Source: an uncultured Candidatus Binatia bacterium (lineage in GTDB: Bacteria; Desulfobacterota; Binatia; UBA9968; JAJDTQ01). From it: a stretch of DNA of 64,000 nt. Positions 39,408 through 49,591 of this stretch are shown piece after piece. Location of the stretch: positions 2,922,322 to 2,986,321 of the forward strand of contig OZ241976.1 in assembly GCA_965204205.1 (NCBI GenBank). The letters run 5' to 3'. How positions within the stretch are numbered: position 1 is the stretch's first letter; the number at the start of each line of letters is the position of its first letter. Made by a program: the position numbers and the translations under genes. The notes beneath the pieces were generated by a model, which did no database searches, was not told the origin of the DNA, and was given only the letters and a program-made list of their open reading frames with translations.

Positions 39408-39546
39408 GCGTCCTTCGACTTCGCTCCGCTACGCTCAGGACGAACGGTGGTGGAACCCGTAGCTCCGGGCGAGTGGCTCGTGTAAGACCACGACTCCGTT
39501 CGTCCTGAGCGTAGCGCCGCGTTAGCGGCGCGAAGTCGAAGGACGC
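39408..39546. repeat. nested inverted-repeat intergenic element, copy C
   Basis: Outer arms GCGTCCTTCGACTTCGC / GCGAAGTCGAAGGACGC. Inner arms CTACGCTCAGGACGAACGG / CCGTTCGTCCTGAGCGTAGCG. Longer central loop than the other copies. It lies between truA and leuC. Confidence 0.6.
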
Positions 39547-39574
39547 CATCCAGCGGGCCGGCTCACCGCGGAGG

Positions 39575-40315
39575 CTATTCGTAGCGCACTTCCACCAGGA
39601 ACAGCCCCCGCGCCGGCGCGGTGGGACCGGCCAGCGTGCGGTCGCGGCCGTCTATCAGCGCCGAAAGGTCGCCGGCATCGCGTTCGCCCAGCCCTACCTC
39701 CACCAGCGTGCCGACGATGTTCCGCACCATGTGCCGGAGGTACCCGGTGGCCTCGATGCGATACACCCAGTGTTCCTCCCACCGGTACAGCTCGTTGTGG
39801 TAGACCCTCCGCACCGCTGTGGCCGCGCCACAGCCCGCGGCGCGGAAGCACGAGAAGTCGTGCTCCCCTTCCAGCGCGGCCAACGCCTCGCGCATGGCGT
39901 CGACGCGCAACGGCCTCGCCACGTGCCACGAGTAGCGATCGTTGAAGACCGACCGCCAGGGGTGGTTCCAGAGCCGGTACTCGTAGACGCGCCGGCGCGC
40001 GTCCCTCCTGGCGTCGAACGAGGGAAGCGCGGCCTCCGCCGCCTTCACCGTGATGTCGTCCGGGGTGAGGGCGTTGAGGCTGCGCTGAAGCCGCGCGAGG
40101 TCCCGGCCCTCGGGACACGCGAAATCGGCCACTTGTCCCAACGCATGGACGCCCGCGTCGGTCCGTCCCGACCCATGGACGCGCACCCGCTGCTTCAGCA
40201 GCACGGCCAGAGCCTCCTCCAGGACGCCCTGGACCGTCGGCCCGCCGGACTGGACCTGCCAGCCCCGGTATTCGGTGCCGTCGTACTCGATGGTCAGTCG
40301 GACGTTCATGAACAC
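39575..40315 (-). CDS. truA: tRNA pseudouridine(38-40) synthase
   Basis: N-terminal LTIEYDGTEYRGWQVQ and catalytic Asp context, 246 aa. Confidence 0.85.
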   Translation of the reverse strand: MFMNVRLTIEYDGTEYRGWQVQSGGPTVQGVLEEALAVLLKQRVRVHGSGRTDAGVHALGQVADFACPEGRDLARLQRSLNALTPDDITVKAAEAALPSFDARRDARRRVYEYRLWNHPWRSVFNDRYSWHVARPLRVDAMREALAALEGEHDFSCFRAAGCGAATAVRRVYHNELYRWEEHWVYRIEATGYLRHMVRNIVGTLVEVGLGERDAGDLSALIDGRDRTLAGPTAPARGLFLVEVRYE

Positions 40316-40457
40316 GTGTATCGATCGACGGGCGCCCCGCGGACGCAGGCGAGTTCGGAAACCCGCCTCGTCCTAGCGTCGTGTCCGAGTAATCGGAATC
40401 TGATGCAGGGGCGGGTTCAAAAACCCGCCCGCGCCATGGCGCAATCCGGCGGGCTTG

Positions 40458-41489
40458 TCAGTGGTAGTCCCGGATCAGGATCTCGGCAATCTGCACCGCG
40501 TTGAGGGCCGCTCCCTTGCGCAGGTTGTCGGCCACGACCCACAGGTTGATGCCGTTCTCCACGGAATCGTCCTCGCGGACGCGCCCGACGTAGGTGGCGT
40601 CCTTTCCCGCCGCCTCGGTGGCCAGCGGGTAGTCGTTGCTGTTGGGGTCGTCCCGCAGCAATATGCCGGGAGCCTCCCGGAGGATGGCGCGGACGTCCGC
40701 CGCCGACAGCTTGCTCCGGGTCTCGACGTTGATGGACTCGGAGTGGCTGCAGAAGACCGGCACGCGCACGGTGGTGGCGGTGATGCGGATCTCCGGGTCA
40801 TCCAGGATCTTGCGCGTCTCCTGCACCATCTTCATCTCTTCCTTGGTGTAGCCGTTGGGAAGGAACGTATCGATGTGCGGGATGCAGTTGAACGCGATCT
40901 GGTGCGGGAACTGCTCGCATTCCACCTCATTGCTGTTGAACAGCGCGGCGGTCTGCCTGCCGAGCTCTTCCATGGCCCGCCGGCCGGCGCCGGAGACCGA
41001 CTGATAGGTGGACACCACGATGCGGCTTATGCCGGCGGCGTCGTACAGGGGCTTCAAGGCCACCACCATCTGGATGGTGGAGCAGTTGGGGTTGGCGATG
41101 ATGCCGCGCTGGACATGTTCGGCGATCCGGTCCGCGTTGACCTCGGGGACCACCAGCGGAACGTCGTCGTCCATGCGGAACCGGCTGGTGTTGTCGATGA
41201 CCACGGCGCCGGCGTCCACCGCCGCCTGGGCGTATTCGGCGCTTACCGATCCGCCCGCCGAAAACAGCGCGATATCCATGTCCTCGAAAGAGTCCTCGTC
41301 CAGCACCTCCACCAGGATCTGCTTGCCGCGGAACTCGAGGCGCTGGCCGGCCGACCGCTCCGAGGCCAGCAACCGGAGGGTGTCCACCGGGAACAGCCGT
41401 TCCTCGAGGATCTTCCGCAGCTCCTCGCCCACCGCCCCCGTGGCCCCCACCACGGCCACGTTGTATTTCTCTTTGCCGATCATCTTCAC
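40458..41489 (-). CDS. asd: aspartate-semialdehyde dehydrogenase
   Basis: NADP-binding [11 protein letters not shown] and catalytic Cys region, 343 aa. Confidence 0.9.
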   Translation of the reverse strand: MKMIGKEKYNVAVVGATGAVGEELRKILEERLFPVDTLRLLASERSAGQRLEFRGKQILVEVLDEDSFEDMDIALFSAGGSVSAEYAQAAVDAGAVVIDNTSRFRMDDDVPLVVPEVNADRIAEHVQRGIIANPNCSTIQMVVALKPLYDAAGISRIVVSTYQSVSGAGRRAMEELGRQTAALFNSNEVECEQFPHQIAFNCIPHIDTFLPNGYTKEEMKMVQETRKILDDPEIRITATTVRVPVFCSHSESINVETRSKLSAADVRAILREAPGILLRDDPNSNDYPLATEAAGKDATYVGRVREDDSVENGINLWVVADNLRKGAALNAVQIAEILIRDYH

Positions 41490-41490
41490 G

Positions 41491-42585
41491 TCACGCCGCG
41501 CGGCTCGCCGCGATCTCCCGGCGCACCAGCGCGCCCATTTCCTTGCAACCCACCACCGGGCCCTCCCCTTCCGCGATGTCGGGGGTGCGATGGCCGGCGT
41601 CCAGAACCCGTTCCACGGCCTGCTCGATGCAGTCCGCCGCGGCGCCCTGGTCGAAGGAGTGCCGCAGCATGAGCGCCACCGTCAGGATGGTGGCCAGCGG
41701 GTTGGCCTTGTCCTGCCCGGTGATGTCCGGGGCGCTCCCGTGCACCGGCTCGTACATGCCCACCTTGCCTCCCAGGCTGGCCGACGGCAGCATGCCGATG
41801 GAGCCGGTGAGCATGGCGGCCTCGTCGCTCAGGATGTCCCCGAACATGTTGGTGGTCACGATGACGTCGAACTGCCTGGGGTCGCGAATGAGCTGCATGG
41901 CGCAGTTGTCCACCAGCACGTGGTCGAGCTCGACGTCGCCGTAGCCTTCCTCGTCGCGTACCCGTGTCACCACCTTGCGCCAGAGCTCGGTGGATTCCAG
42001 CACGTTGGCCTTGTCCACCGAGGTTACCCGGTTCCGCCTCCTGCGGGCGGCTTCGAACGCCACCCGGGCGATCCGCTCGATCTCCGGAGTGGTGTAGACC
42101 AGGGTGTTGACGCCCCGCTCGGTGCCGTCGGCCTCGGTGGTGACGCCCTTGGGCTGGCCGAAGTAGATGCCGCCCGTCAGCTCGCGCACGACGATGAGAT
42201 CGGTGCCTTCCACGACCTCGGGTTTGAGAGTCGAAGCCTGCGCCAACGGCGCGAACAGCTTGACCGGGCGCAGGTTGGCGAACAGCCCCAGCTCCTGGCG
42301 CAACGCCAGCAAGGCCCGTTCCGGACGGATGGAGTAGTCCAGCCCGTCCCACTTGGGTCCGCCCATGGCTCCCAGCACCACCGCGTCGCTGGACTTGGCC
42401 ATGGCCAGGACCTGGTCGGTCAGGGGTTTTCCATGGGCGTCGATGGATGCGCCGCCCACCAGCCCCTCCTCCACGTCGATGGCGAAGCCGAACATGTCGC
42501 CCGCCTGGCTCAGCACCGCCATGGCCTCCGCCACCACTTCCGGGCCGATGCCGTCGCCCGGAAGGACCGTTACCTTGTGACTCAT
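41491..42585 (-). CDS. leuB: 3-isopropylmalate dehydrogenase
   Basis: Start [17 protein letters not shown] (rc cat 42583-42585). IDH/IMDH signature. Its start overlaps the leuA stop by 4 nt. Confidence 0.9.
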   Translation of the reverse strand: MSHKVTVLPGDGIGPEVVAEAMAVLSQAGDMFGFAIDVEEGLVGGASIDAHGKPLTDQVLAMAKSSDAVVLGAMGGPKWDGLDYSIRPERALLALRQELGLFANLRPVKLFAPLAQASTLKPEVVEGTDLIVVRELTGGIYFGQPKGVTTEADGTERGVNTLVYTTPEIERIARVAFEAARRRRNRVTSVDKANVLESTELWRKVVTRVRDEEGYGDVELDHVLVDNCAMQLIRDPRQFDVIVTTNMFGDILSDEAAMLTGSIGMLPSASLGGKVGMYEPVHGSAPDITGQDKANPLATILTVALMLRHSFDQGAAADCIEQAVERVLDAGHRTPDIAEGEGPVVGCKEMGALVRREIAASRAA

Positions 42586-44138
42586 GGACCCCCCTCTACC
42601 GAAGCCTGACGGTGACGCTTGCGATACTCCAGCCGGTTGAGAGCGTTCACGTACGCCAGCGCGCTCGCCATGATGATATCCGTGTGGGAACCTTTCCCGG
42701 AGATGTTGACGTCCTTTTCCTGGAGCATGCACGACACCTCGCCCTGGGCGTCGGTGCCGGCGGTGACGCTGGAAACCGAGTAGCGCCGCAGCTTCGCGCG
42801 GCTGCCGGAGATCTTGGCGATGGCTTTATAACACGCATCCACCACCCCGTCACCCGTATCGTGGGCCATCTTCTCCTCGCCGTCCACGCGCATGCGCACG
42901 GTGGCCGACGGCACCGCCGACGAGCTCGACGCGATGTTCATGTACACCAGCTCGTAGCGGTCCGGCTGGCTCGGTATCCTCAGCACTTCGTCCGCCACCA
43001 GCGCCTCGATGTCCTCGTCGAACACCTCCTTCTTCTTGTCGGCGAGCTCCTTGAAGCGCTCGAAGGCGCGGTTGACCTCGTCCTTGCCGAGCGAGAAGCC
43101 GAGATCCTTCAGTCTCTCGCCGAAGGCATGCCGCCCGGAGTGCTTGCCCATGACCAGCCGGTTGCCGGTGATGCCGACGGTCTCGGGCTTCATGATCTCG
43201 TAGGTGAGCTTCTGCTTGAGCACGCCGTCCTGGTGAATGCCGGCCTCGTGGGCGAAGGCGTTGTCGCCGACGATGGGCTTGTTGAGCGGCACCGTGATGC
43301 CGGTGACCTGGGACAGCAGCCGCGAAGTGGGATAGATCTGCTCGGTACGGATGCGCGTGTCGAGATTGAACACCGGCTGCCGCGTCTTCAAGGCCATCAC
43401 CACCTCTTCCAGCGAAGTGTTGCCGGCGCGCTCGCCGATGCCGTTCACCGTACACTCCACCTGCCGCGCCCCGTTGGCCACCGCCGCCAGGGAGTTGGCC
43501 ACGGCCAGCCCCAGGTCGTTGTGGCAGTGGGCGCTCCAGGTGACCTTCTCCGAGCCCTCGGTGTTCTCGATCAGGTACCGCACCAGCTCACCGAACTCCG
43601 ACGGGATGGCGTAGCCGGTGGTGTCCGGAATGTTGAGGGTCCTGGCTCCGGCCCGGATGGCCTCGCTGAACACCTCCACCAGAAAATCCCGGTCGCTGCG
43701 CGAGGCGTCCTCGGCCGAGAACTCGACGTAGTCGAGATACCTTCTGGCGTAGACCACGGCGGTACCCACGGATTCCATCACCTCGTCCCGGGACATGCGG
43801 AGCTTGTGCTTCAAGTGGATGTCCGAGGTGGCGATGAACGTGTGAAGCCCAGGCTTGCGGGCTCCTTCCACTGCCTTGACGGCCTTGCGGATGTCCCCGT
43901 GCTGCGCCCTGGCCAGGCTCAGGACGATGGGGCGCTTGACCGCCTTGCACACCTGCACCACCGACTCGAAATCGCCGGGCGACGACGCCGCGAAGCCGGC
44001 CTCGATCACGTCCACCCCCAGCTTGTCGAGCTGGCGGGCGATGAGGACCTTCTCGTCGATATTCATGCTGGCCCCGGGCGACTGCTCGCCGTCCCTGAGA
44101 GTCGTATCGAAAATGTTCACAACGTTGTTTGAGCCCAT
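42582..44138 (-). CDS. leuA: 2-isopropylmalate synthase
   Basis: N-terminal DTTLRDGEQ and HxH metal motif (HCHNDLG). C-terminal LeuA dimerisation domain. 518 aa. GAGGAGGAAAG RBS. Confidence 0.9.
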   Translation of the reverse strand: MGSNNVVNIFDTTLRDGEQSPGASMNIDEKVLIARQLDKLGVDVIEAGFAASSPGDFESVVQVCKAVKRPIVLSLARAQHGDIRKAVKAVEGARKPGLHTFIATSDIHLKHKLRMSRDEVMESVGTAVVYARRYLDYVEFSAEDASRSDRDFLVEVFSEAIRAGARTLNIPDTTGYAIPSEFGELVRYLIENTEGSEKVTWSAHCHNDLGLAVANSLAAVANGARQVECTVNGIGERAGNTSLEEVVMALKTRQPVFNLDTRIRTEQIYPTSRLLSQVTGITVPLNKPIVGDNAFAHEAGIHQDGVLKQKLTYEIMKPETVGITGNRLVMGKHSGRHAFGERLKDLGFSLGKDEVNRAFERFKELADKKKEVFDEDIEALVADEVLRIPSQPDRYELVYMNIASSSSAVPSATVRMRVDGEEKMAHDTGDGVVDACYKAIAKISGSRAKLRRYSVSSVTAGTDAQGEVSCMLQEKDVNISGKGSHTDIIMASALAYVNALNRLEYRKRHRQASVEGGP

Positions 44139-44152
44139 GGTCTTTCCTCCTC

Positions 44153-44184
44153 AAAAAAAACTCCCGCTGGAGGTCCGGCGGGAG
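44153..44184 (-). terminator. intrinsic terminator downstream of pssA (hairpin CTCCCGCCGGACCTCCAGCGGGAG plus T8 on the minus strand)
   Basis: Minus-strand transcript reads the 8-bp-stem GC hairpin followed by UUUUUUUU, then immediately the leuA RBS GAGGAGGAAAG and ATG. Confidence 0.7.
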
Positions 44185-44215
44185 TTTCGGTCATGCAAGC
44201 TGAGGTTTGCTTTGA

Positions 44216-45061
44216 TCAGGCTTGTAGCAGCGCCTGCTCTTCCCTCCGTCGCTTCCGCACGGCGAGCAGCCATAACAGGGGACCCGATAGGGTGTACGTT
44301 AATAACGCGGAGAACAGCACGATCTGCCACATAGCAATGGTGAGTATAATGACTACCAGCGCGGAAAGCAACAACCAAATGGTGCTTCGCTTCTTGAAGT
44401 GATGCTGCTTGACGCTCAGATAGCGGAAATTGCTCACCATGAGACCCGCCAGCCCGCAGGCGATGACGATGAATACCACGGGCTTGCCGGCGGTGTTCTC
44501 CAGACCGAGCATGAAGTACATGAAGATGGTGGCGGCGATCATGGCCGCGGCCGCCGGGATCGGCAGCCCGGTGAAGTAGCTCTTCTCCGCGCCCAGCGTC
44601 TGGACGTTGAAGCGGGCCAGGCGCAACGCCCCGCACACCGCGAACAGCGCCGCCCCGAGGCCGCCCCATGTCCCCCATGGAGCCAGCGCGAAGACGTACA
44701 TCAGTACCGCCGGCGCCACTCCGAACGAAACCACGTCGGCCAGGGAGTCGAACTCGACTCCGAACTGGCTGGTGGTATGGGTGAGCCGCGCCACCACGCC
44801 GTCGACGCCGTCGAGCAGGTGGGCGACCAGGATCAACACCGCGGCTTGCCGGAACTCGCCGTTGAAGGCGAACAGAATCGCGAAGACTCCACAAAAAAGA
44901 TTGCCGGCCGTGAACAGGCTCGGCAGAAGAAAGATGCCCCGCCGCAGCCGATTGGCCGGACCCCGCCGCCGCAGGCGGTTTCGCTTGCCTTTTCCCCGCG
45001 GGATCAGCCGGACCTTCCGGAACGGAGTGTCCTTGGCCTCCTTGTTGTCGGGACGTTCCAC
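44216..45061 (-). CDS. pssA: CDP-diacylglycerol--serine O-phosphatidyltransferase
   Basis: CDP-alcohol phosphotransferase motif DGxxAR...G...D...D (DGVDGVVARLTHTTSQFGVEFDSLADVVSFG). Multi-TM. Confidence 0.85.
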   Translation of the reverse strand: MERPDNKEAKDTPFRKVRLIPRGKGKRNRLRRRGPANRLRRGIFLLPSLFTAGNLFCGVFAILFAFNGEFRQAAVLILVAHLLDGVDGVVARLTHTTSQFGVEFDSLADVVSFGVAPAVLMYVFALAPWGTWGGLGAALFAVCGALRLARFNVQTLGAEKSYFTGLPIPAAAAMIAATIFMYFMLGLENTAGKPVVFIVIACGLAGLMVSNFRYLSVKQHHFKKRSTIWLLLSALVVIILTIAMWQIVLFSALLTYTLSGPLLWLLAVRKRRREEQALLQA

Positions 45062-45062
45062 C

Positions 45063-45608
45063 TTACAACCTGGCTACGATGGTTTCCCCGCCGCGAACCC
45101 GCTGGCCAGGGACCACTTCGATCTCGGCATCTTCGGGCAGGTGCAGGTCCACCCGGGAGCCGAACATGATCATGCCGAAACGCTGGCCCTTCTGCAACGA
45201 GTCTCCCGGGCTGACGTAACAGACGATCCGGCGCGCGAGAAAGCCGGCGACCTGCACGATGCGAAGCGTCCTCCCCGCGTCGTCCACGAGCTCCACCGCG
45301 TTGCGCTCGTTCTCCTCCGACGCCTTGCCCTTGTAGGCGGCGAAGAAATGGCCCGCCTGGTAGTTGACGTCGGATACCCGCCCCCGCATGGGCGCCCGGT
45401 TGATGTGTACGTCCAGGGGCGAAAGAAAAATGCTCAACCGGCGCCCGCCGCCGGAGGGCTCGCCCACCTCCACGACCTTGCCGTCCGCCGGCGACACCAC
45501 CACTCCGTCGGCGTCCGGGGGCACCCGCTCCGGGTCGCGGAAAAACCCCGCCACGGCTACGGCCAGCGCCAGCAGCACCGCTCCGGCCACGGCCCAGCCC
45601 ACGGCCAT
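45063..45608 (-). CDS. psd: phosphatidylserine decarboxylase proenzyme (short, archaeal-type)
   Basis: FGS self-cleavage motif (IMFGSRVD). 181 aa. Immediately downstream of pssA. Confidence 0.75.
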   Translation of the reverse strand: MAVGWAVAGAVLLALAVAVAGFFRDPERVPPDADGVVVSPADGKVVEVGEPSGGGRRLSIFLSPLDVHINRAPMRGRVSDVNYQAGHFFAAYKGKASEENERNAVELVDDAGRTLRIVQVAGFLARRIVCYVSPGDSLQKGQRFGMIMFGSRVDLHLPEDAEIEVVPGQRVRGGETIVARL

Positions 45609-45685
45609 GGCCGCGGCGGCCAGCCCCAGCGCGGCGAAAAGGAACCGGTGGCCTTCCTTTGCGATCCTGATGGGAGTGCTCCTGT

Positions 45686-45711
45686 ACTAGTGTCGCGGGA
45701 CGCGACACTAG
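45686..45711. mobile_element. 17-bp fused-termini footprint (TGTCGCGGGACGCGACA) flanked by CTAG on both sides
   Basis: Its two halves equal the left (TGTCGCG) and right (GGGACGCGACA) ends of MITE copy 3 with the whole interior missing. It shares its right CTAG with MITE copy 2. Confidence 0.4.
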
Positions 45712-45868
45712 TGTGGTGTCTGGTTCATTCGCAGCATAATAGGCGGAGGATTTTTCGTCGTCGGCAAGGCGCGATGACGAGCAGTGGCGGGTACCACGCG
45801 AGGAAGAGCAACGCGGCCGACGGCGAAAAAGACCCGCAGATTATGCTGCGAATTAACCAGACACCACA
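45712..45868. mobile_element. 157-bp MITE-like element, copy 2 (core inverted relative to copies 1 and 3), flanked by CTAG / CTAG
   Basis: TIRs TGTGGTGTCTGGTTCATTCGCAGCATAAT / ATTATGCTGCGAATTAACCAGACACCACA. Core is the reverse complement of the copy 1 core. The right CTAG contains the ilvC TAG stop codon. Confidence 0.7.
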
Positions 45869-46885
45869 CTAGTTCTTGCTCTTGTCCACCAGCCGGTTCT
45901 CCGCCAGCCACGGCATCATCGAGCGGAGCTGCTCGCCCACCTGCTCGATGGGATGGCTGCGCGAAGCCTGGCGCAGCCCGTTGAAGTTGGGCGACCCGGA
46001 GCGGTGCTCGTTCATCCACTCGTCCGCGAACTTGCCCGACTGGATGTCCGACAGGATTTCCTTCATGACCTTCCGCGTATCGTCGTTGACGATGCGCCTC
46101 CCGCGGGTCAAGTCGCCGTACTCCGCGGTGTTGCTGACCGAGTAGCGCATGTTGGCCAGGCCGCCCTCGTAGATCAGGTCGACGATCAGCTTGACCTCGT
46201 GGCAGCACTCGAAATAGGCCATCTCCGGCGGGTAGCCTGCCTCCACCAGGGTCTCGTAGCCCGCCTGGATCAACGACGTGAGGCCGCCGCAGAGCACCGT
46301 CTGCTCGCCGAACAGATCGGTTTCGGTCTCGTCCTTGAAGGTGGTCTCGATGACCGCGGCGCGGGCGCCGCCGATGGCGGCGGCATAGGCCAGTCCCACG
46401 GGCTGGGTGTCCTTGGACGGGTCCTGATGGATAGCCAGCAGGCACGGCACCCCCCGGCCCCGTTCGAACTCGCTCCGCACCAGGTGTCCCGGGCCCTTGG
46501 GGGCCACCATGAAGACGTTGACGTCTTCCGGAGGCACCACGCGTTTGAAGTGGATGTTGAAGCCGTGTCCGAACGCCATGTAGTTTCCGGGCTTCAGGCC
46601 CGGCCGGATATCCTGCTGGTAGACCTCGCCCTGGAGCTCATCGGGCAACAGCACCATGACCACGTCCCCGGCTTCGACCGCCTCCGCCGTCTCCATGACC
46701 GTGAGGCCAGCGTCGGCCGCCTTGGCCCATGAAGCGCTGTCGCGGCGGAGTCCCACGACGACGTCCACGCCGGAGTCGCGCAGGTTGGTGGCGTGCGCGT
46801 GCCCCTGGCTGCCGTAACCGAGCACGGTGACCTTGCGGTCGCGAATACGGCTCAGATCCGCGTCCTGGTCATAGTAGACCTGCAT
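45869..46885 (-). CDS. ilvC: ketol-acid reductoisomerase
   Basis: Class I KARI. N-terminal Rossmann [10 protein letters not shown]. 338 aa. GGGAGG RBS. Confidence 0.9.
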   Translation of the reverse strand: MQVYYDQDADLSRIRDRKVTVLGYGSQGHAHATNLRDSGVDVVVGLRRDSASWAKAADAGLTVMETAEAVEAGDVVMVLLPDELQGEVYQQDIRPGLKPGNYMAFGHGFNIHFKRVVPPEDVNVFMVAPKGPGHLVRSEFERGRGVPCLLAIHQDPSKDTQPVGLAYAAAIGGARAAVIETTFKDETETDLFGEQTVLCGGLTSLIQAGYETLVEAGYPPEMAYFECCHEVKLIVDLIYEGGLANMRYSVSNTAEYGDLTRGRRIVNDDTRKVMKEILSDIQSGKFADEWMNEHRSGSPNFNGLRQASRSHPIEQVGEQLRSMMPWLAENRLVDKSKN

Positions 46886-46962
46886 GTTGAACCTCCCTGT
46901 TCTGTGCTAGTGGCGTCCCAACGCCTCTCCCTCCGGGCGAGGCGGCCGAGGGCCGGGTGTGA

Positions 46963-47021
46963 GCGCTACGCGGACTCGCGCGGCGCTACGCAGACTCGCA
47001 CGGGCTACGCGGACTCGCGCG
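46963..47021. repeat. three tandem copies of a 20-bp unit (GCGCTACGCGGACTCGCGCG) duplicating the ilvN stop-codon region
   Basis: Unit 3 encodes the last ilvN codons (RESA-stop). Units 1-2 are near-identical copies in the ilvN-ilvC spacer, each carrying a TAG in the same frame. Confidence 0.5.
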
Positions 47022-47484
47022 CAATGGCGATCCGGCCGGTGCGGACGATCTCCTTGATGCCCATGGGCTTCAGCAGACCGATCACCGCCTGGATCTTGGC
47101 GGAATCTCCCGACACCTCGAGGGTGTAGGTCTGCGGCGTCGAGTCGACGATGTTGGCGCGGAAGATCTGCGCGATGCGGATGGCCTCGTCCCGGTGCGAC
47201 TGCTTGGCCTGGATCTTGATGAGCGCCGTTTCCCGGTCGATGTGGTTCTCCTCGGTCAGGTCGACCACCTTGAGGACCTCGATGACCTTGTTGAGCTGCT
47301 TCATGATCTGCTCGATGATGAGCTCCTCGCCCGACGTCACGATGGTGATCATGGAAACGGTGGAATCCGGGGTGGGCGCCACCGAGAGGCTTTCGATGTT
47401 GTAGTTCCGGGCGCTGAACAGGCCGGCCACGCGCGCGAGCACACCCGCCTTGTTCTCAACCAGGACCGAGATGATGTGTTCCAT
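47005..47484 (-). CDS. ilvN: acetolactate synthase small (regulatory) subunit
   Basis: ACT domain (ISVLVENKAGVLARVAGLFSARNYNIESL). 159 aa. Confidence 0.9.
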   Translation of the reverse strand: MEHIISVLVENKAGVLARVAGLFSARNYNIESLSVAPTPDSTVSMITIVTSGEELIIEQIMKQLNKVIEVLKVVDLTEENHIDRETALIKIQAKQSHRDEAIRIAQIFRANIVDSTPQTYTLEVSGDSAKIQAVIGLLKPMGIKEIVRTGRIAIARESA

Positions 47485-47495
47485 CCGCCAAACCC

Positions 47496-49271
47496 TTACG
47501 CCGGCAGCACGGCGTCCGCATCCTCTCCCTTTTTCCGCGAGCCCTTGCGCGCGGTCTTCATGTGCGGCGGATCCTCCAGCACCATCTCATGATGCGCTCC
47601 ACCGGCCGGGATCATCGGATAGCAGTTCTCGAACCGGTCGATGGCGAAGTTCATCAACACCGGGCCCTTGTGCTTGAGCCCTTCCTTCAACACCGCTTCC
47701 ACGTCCGAGGGGCCGTCGGAATGGAGTCCGAGGATCCCGTAGGCCTCGGCCAGCTTGACGAAATCCGGAGTCGCGCCGAGGTCGCTGGAAGCGTAGCGCC
47801 CCTCGTAGAACAGGTCCTGCCACTGCCGCACCATGCCGTGGAACTGGTTGTTGAGCAGAATGATCTTGACCGGCAGCTTGTGGATCGCCGCCACCGCCAG
47901 CTCCTGCAGATTCATCTGGAAGCTGCCTTCGCTGGTGATGCAGAGCACGGTCTTGTTGGGGTACGCCTTCTGCGCGCCGATGGCCGCCGGAAACCCGAAC
48001 CCCATGGTGCCGAGCCCGCCCGAGGTAAGGAAGGTGCGCTGGGTGGCGCCCCTGAAGAACTGCGCCGCCCACATCTGGTGCTGGCCCACGTCGGTGACGA
48101 CGATGGCCTTGTGTTTCGTGAGCTCGTAGGCCTTCTCGATGACGTACTGCGGCTTGGTCTCCTTCTTTCCTTCCTGCTGGTAGGCCAGCGGATGCCGCGT
48201 GGCCCACTCGTTCACCTGCTTTTGCCACGGCTTCCGTTGCGCCTGGACGCTGGCCGGATTGCCGTCCAGGGAACTCAACACCCCCACCAGCTCCCGCAGC
48301 ACGGTCTTCACGTCGCCGACGATGGGGATGTGGGCATGGACGTTCTTCTTGATGGAAGTGGGGTCGATGTCGATGTGGATGACGCGGGCCCGGGGCGAGA
48401 ACTCCGACAGCTTGCCGGTCACGCGGTCGTCGAACCGCGCGCCCACGGCGATCAGCAGGTCGGCCTCGTGCATCGCCATGTTGGCGCAGTAGGTGCCGTG
48501 CATGCCCAGCATGCCCATGCACAGCGGATGGGTTCCGGGAAACGCGCCCAGCCCCATGACCGTCATGGTCAGCGGGATCTGTGTAAGCTCCGCGAATTCC
48601 CGGACCTCGTTGGCCGCGCCGGAGAAGATCGCGCCGCCGCCGACGTAAATGACGGGCCGCTTGGCCTTCAGGATCTCGCCAGCTGCCTGCTTGATCTGGT
48701 AGCGGTTGCCGGTCACGGTGGGGCGGTAACCCCGGATGTCGACCCTGTCGGGATAGCGGAACTCCGCGGACTCGGTGCTCACGTCCTTGGGGATGTCCAC
48801 CAGCACCGGGCCGGGACGGCCGGTGTTGGCGATGTAGAAGGCCTCCTTGATGGTGGCCGCGAGGTCGGCGACGTCCTTCACCAGGACATTGTGCTTGGTG
48901 CAGGGCCGGCTGATGCCGATGTTGTCGGCTTCCTGGAACGCGTCGTTGCCGATGAGGTTGGTCGGCACCTGCCCGGTGAATGCCACCAGCGGGACCGAGT
49001 CCATCATGGCGTCCTGGAGCCCGGTGACGATGTTGGTCATGCCGGGACCCGAGGTCACCAGCGCGACACCCGCCTTGCCGGTGGCCTTGCCATAGCCTTC
49101 GGCCATGTGGATCGCGCCTTGTTCGTGCCGGGTCAGGATAACCTCGACGTCTTTCTGCTGGTGCAGGACGTCAAACAGCTTGAGGACCACTCCGCCGGGA
49201 ATGCCGAAGATCGTCTTCACTCCCTCGCGCTTGAGCGACTCCACAAATATTTCCGACCCGGTCAACTTCAT
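47496..49271 (-). CDS. ilvB: acetolactate synthase large subunit (ThDP-dependent)
   Basis: ThDP motif GDG...N region, FAD-binding middle domain, 591 aa. Confidence 0.9.
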   Translation of the reverse strand: MKLTGSEIFVESLKREGVKTIFGIPGGVVLKLFDVLHQQKDVEVILTRHEQGAIHMAEGYGKATGKAGVALVTSGPGMTNIVTGLQDAMMDSVPLVAFTGQVPTNLIGNDAFQEADNIGISRPCTKHNVLVKDVADLAATIKEAFYIANTGRPGPVLVDIPKDVSTESAEFRYPDRVDIRGYRPTVTGNRYQIKQAAGEILKAKRPVIYVGGGAIFSGAANEVREFAELTQIPLTMTVMGLGAFPGTHPLCMGMLGMHGTYCANMAMHEADLLIAVGARFDDRVTGKLSEFSPRARVIHIDIDPTSIKKNVHAHIPIVGDVKTVLRELVGVLSSLDGNPASVQAQRKPWQKQVNEWATRHPLAYQQEGKKETKPQYVIEKAYELTKHKAIVVTDVGQHQMWAAQFFRGATQRTFLTSGGLGTMGFGFPAAIGAQKAYPNKTVLCITSEGSFQMNLQELAVAAIHKLPVKIILLNNQFHGMVRQWQDLFYEGRYASSDLGATPDFVKLAEAYGILGLHSDGPSDVEAVLKEGLKHKGPVLMNFAIDRFENCYPMIPAGGAHHEMVLEDPPHMKTARKGSRKKGEDADAVLPA

Positions 49272-49300
49272 GGTTTTCTCCTGGCTCTCCCCAGCCCGCC

Positions 49301-49528
49301 TCAGCTCGCCGACTTGTACTTGTCGAGAATCTGCATGATCTTGTCCTTGCCGACGAGCTTCAGCTTCTGGATGCGTTTCTTCTCCATTTCTTCTTCCGGC
49401 GACAAATAGCCTCTGTCGTGCAGGTCCACCAACCGCTTCTCGTATTCGAGGTGCTCTTCGTAGTATTTACGCAGTTCCGGGTCCTTATCCAAGACAGAGG
49501 CAATCATTCGTTCCTCTCTCTCCTCCAT
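49301..49528 (-). CDS. small YdcH/DUF465-family protein
   Basis: 75-aa coiled-coil protein with EHLEYEKRLVDL motif. Confidence 0.55.
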   Translation of the reverse strand: MEEREERMIASVLDKDPELRKYYEEHLEYEKRLVDLHDRGYLSPEEEMEKKRIQKLKLVGKDKIMQILDKYKSAS

Positions 49529-49591
49529 TGGACGACCTCCTGATCAATGGTTTGGGCAAGCGGTAGAATTTATCCAACGGCCGGATTTTTG

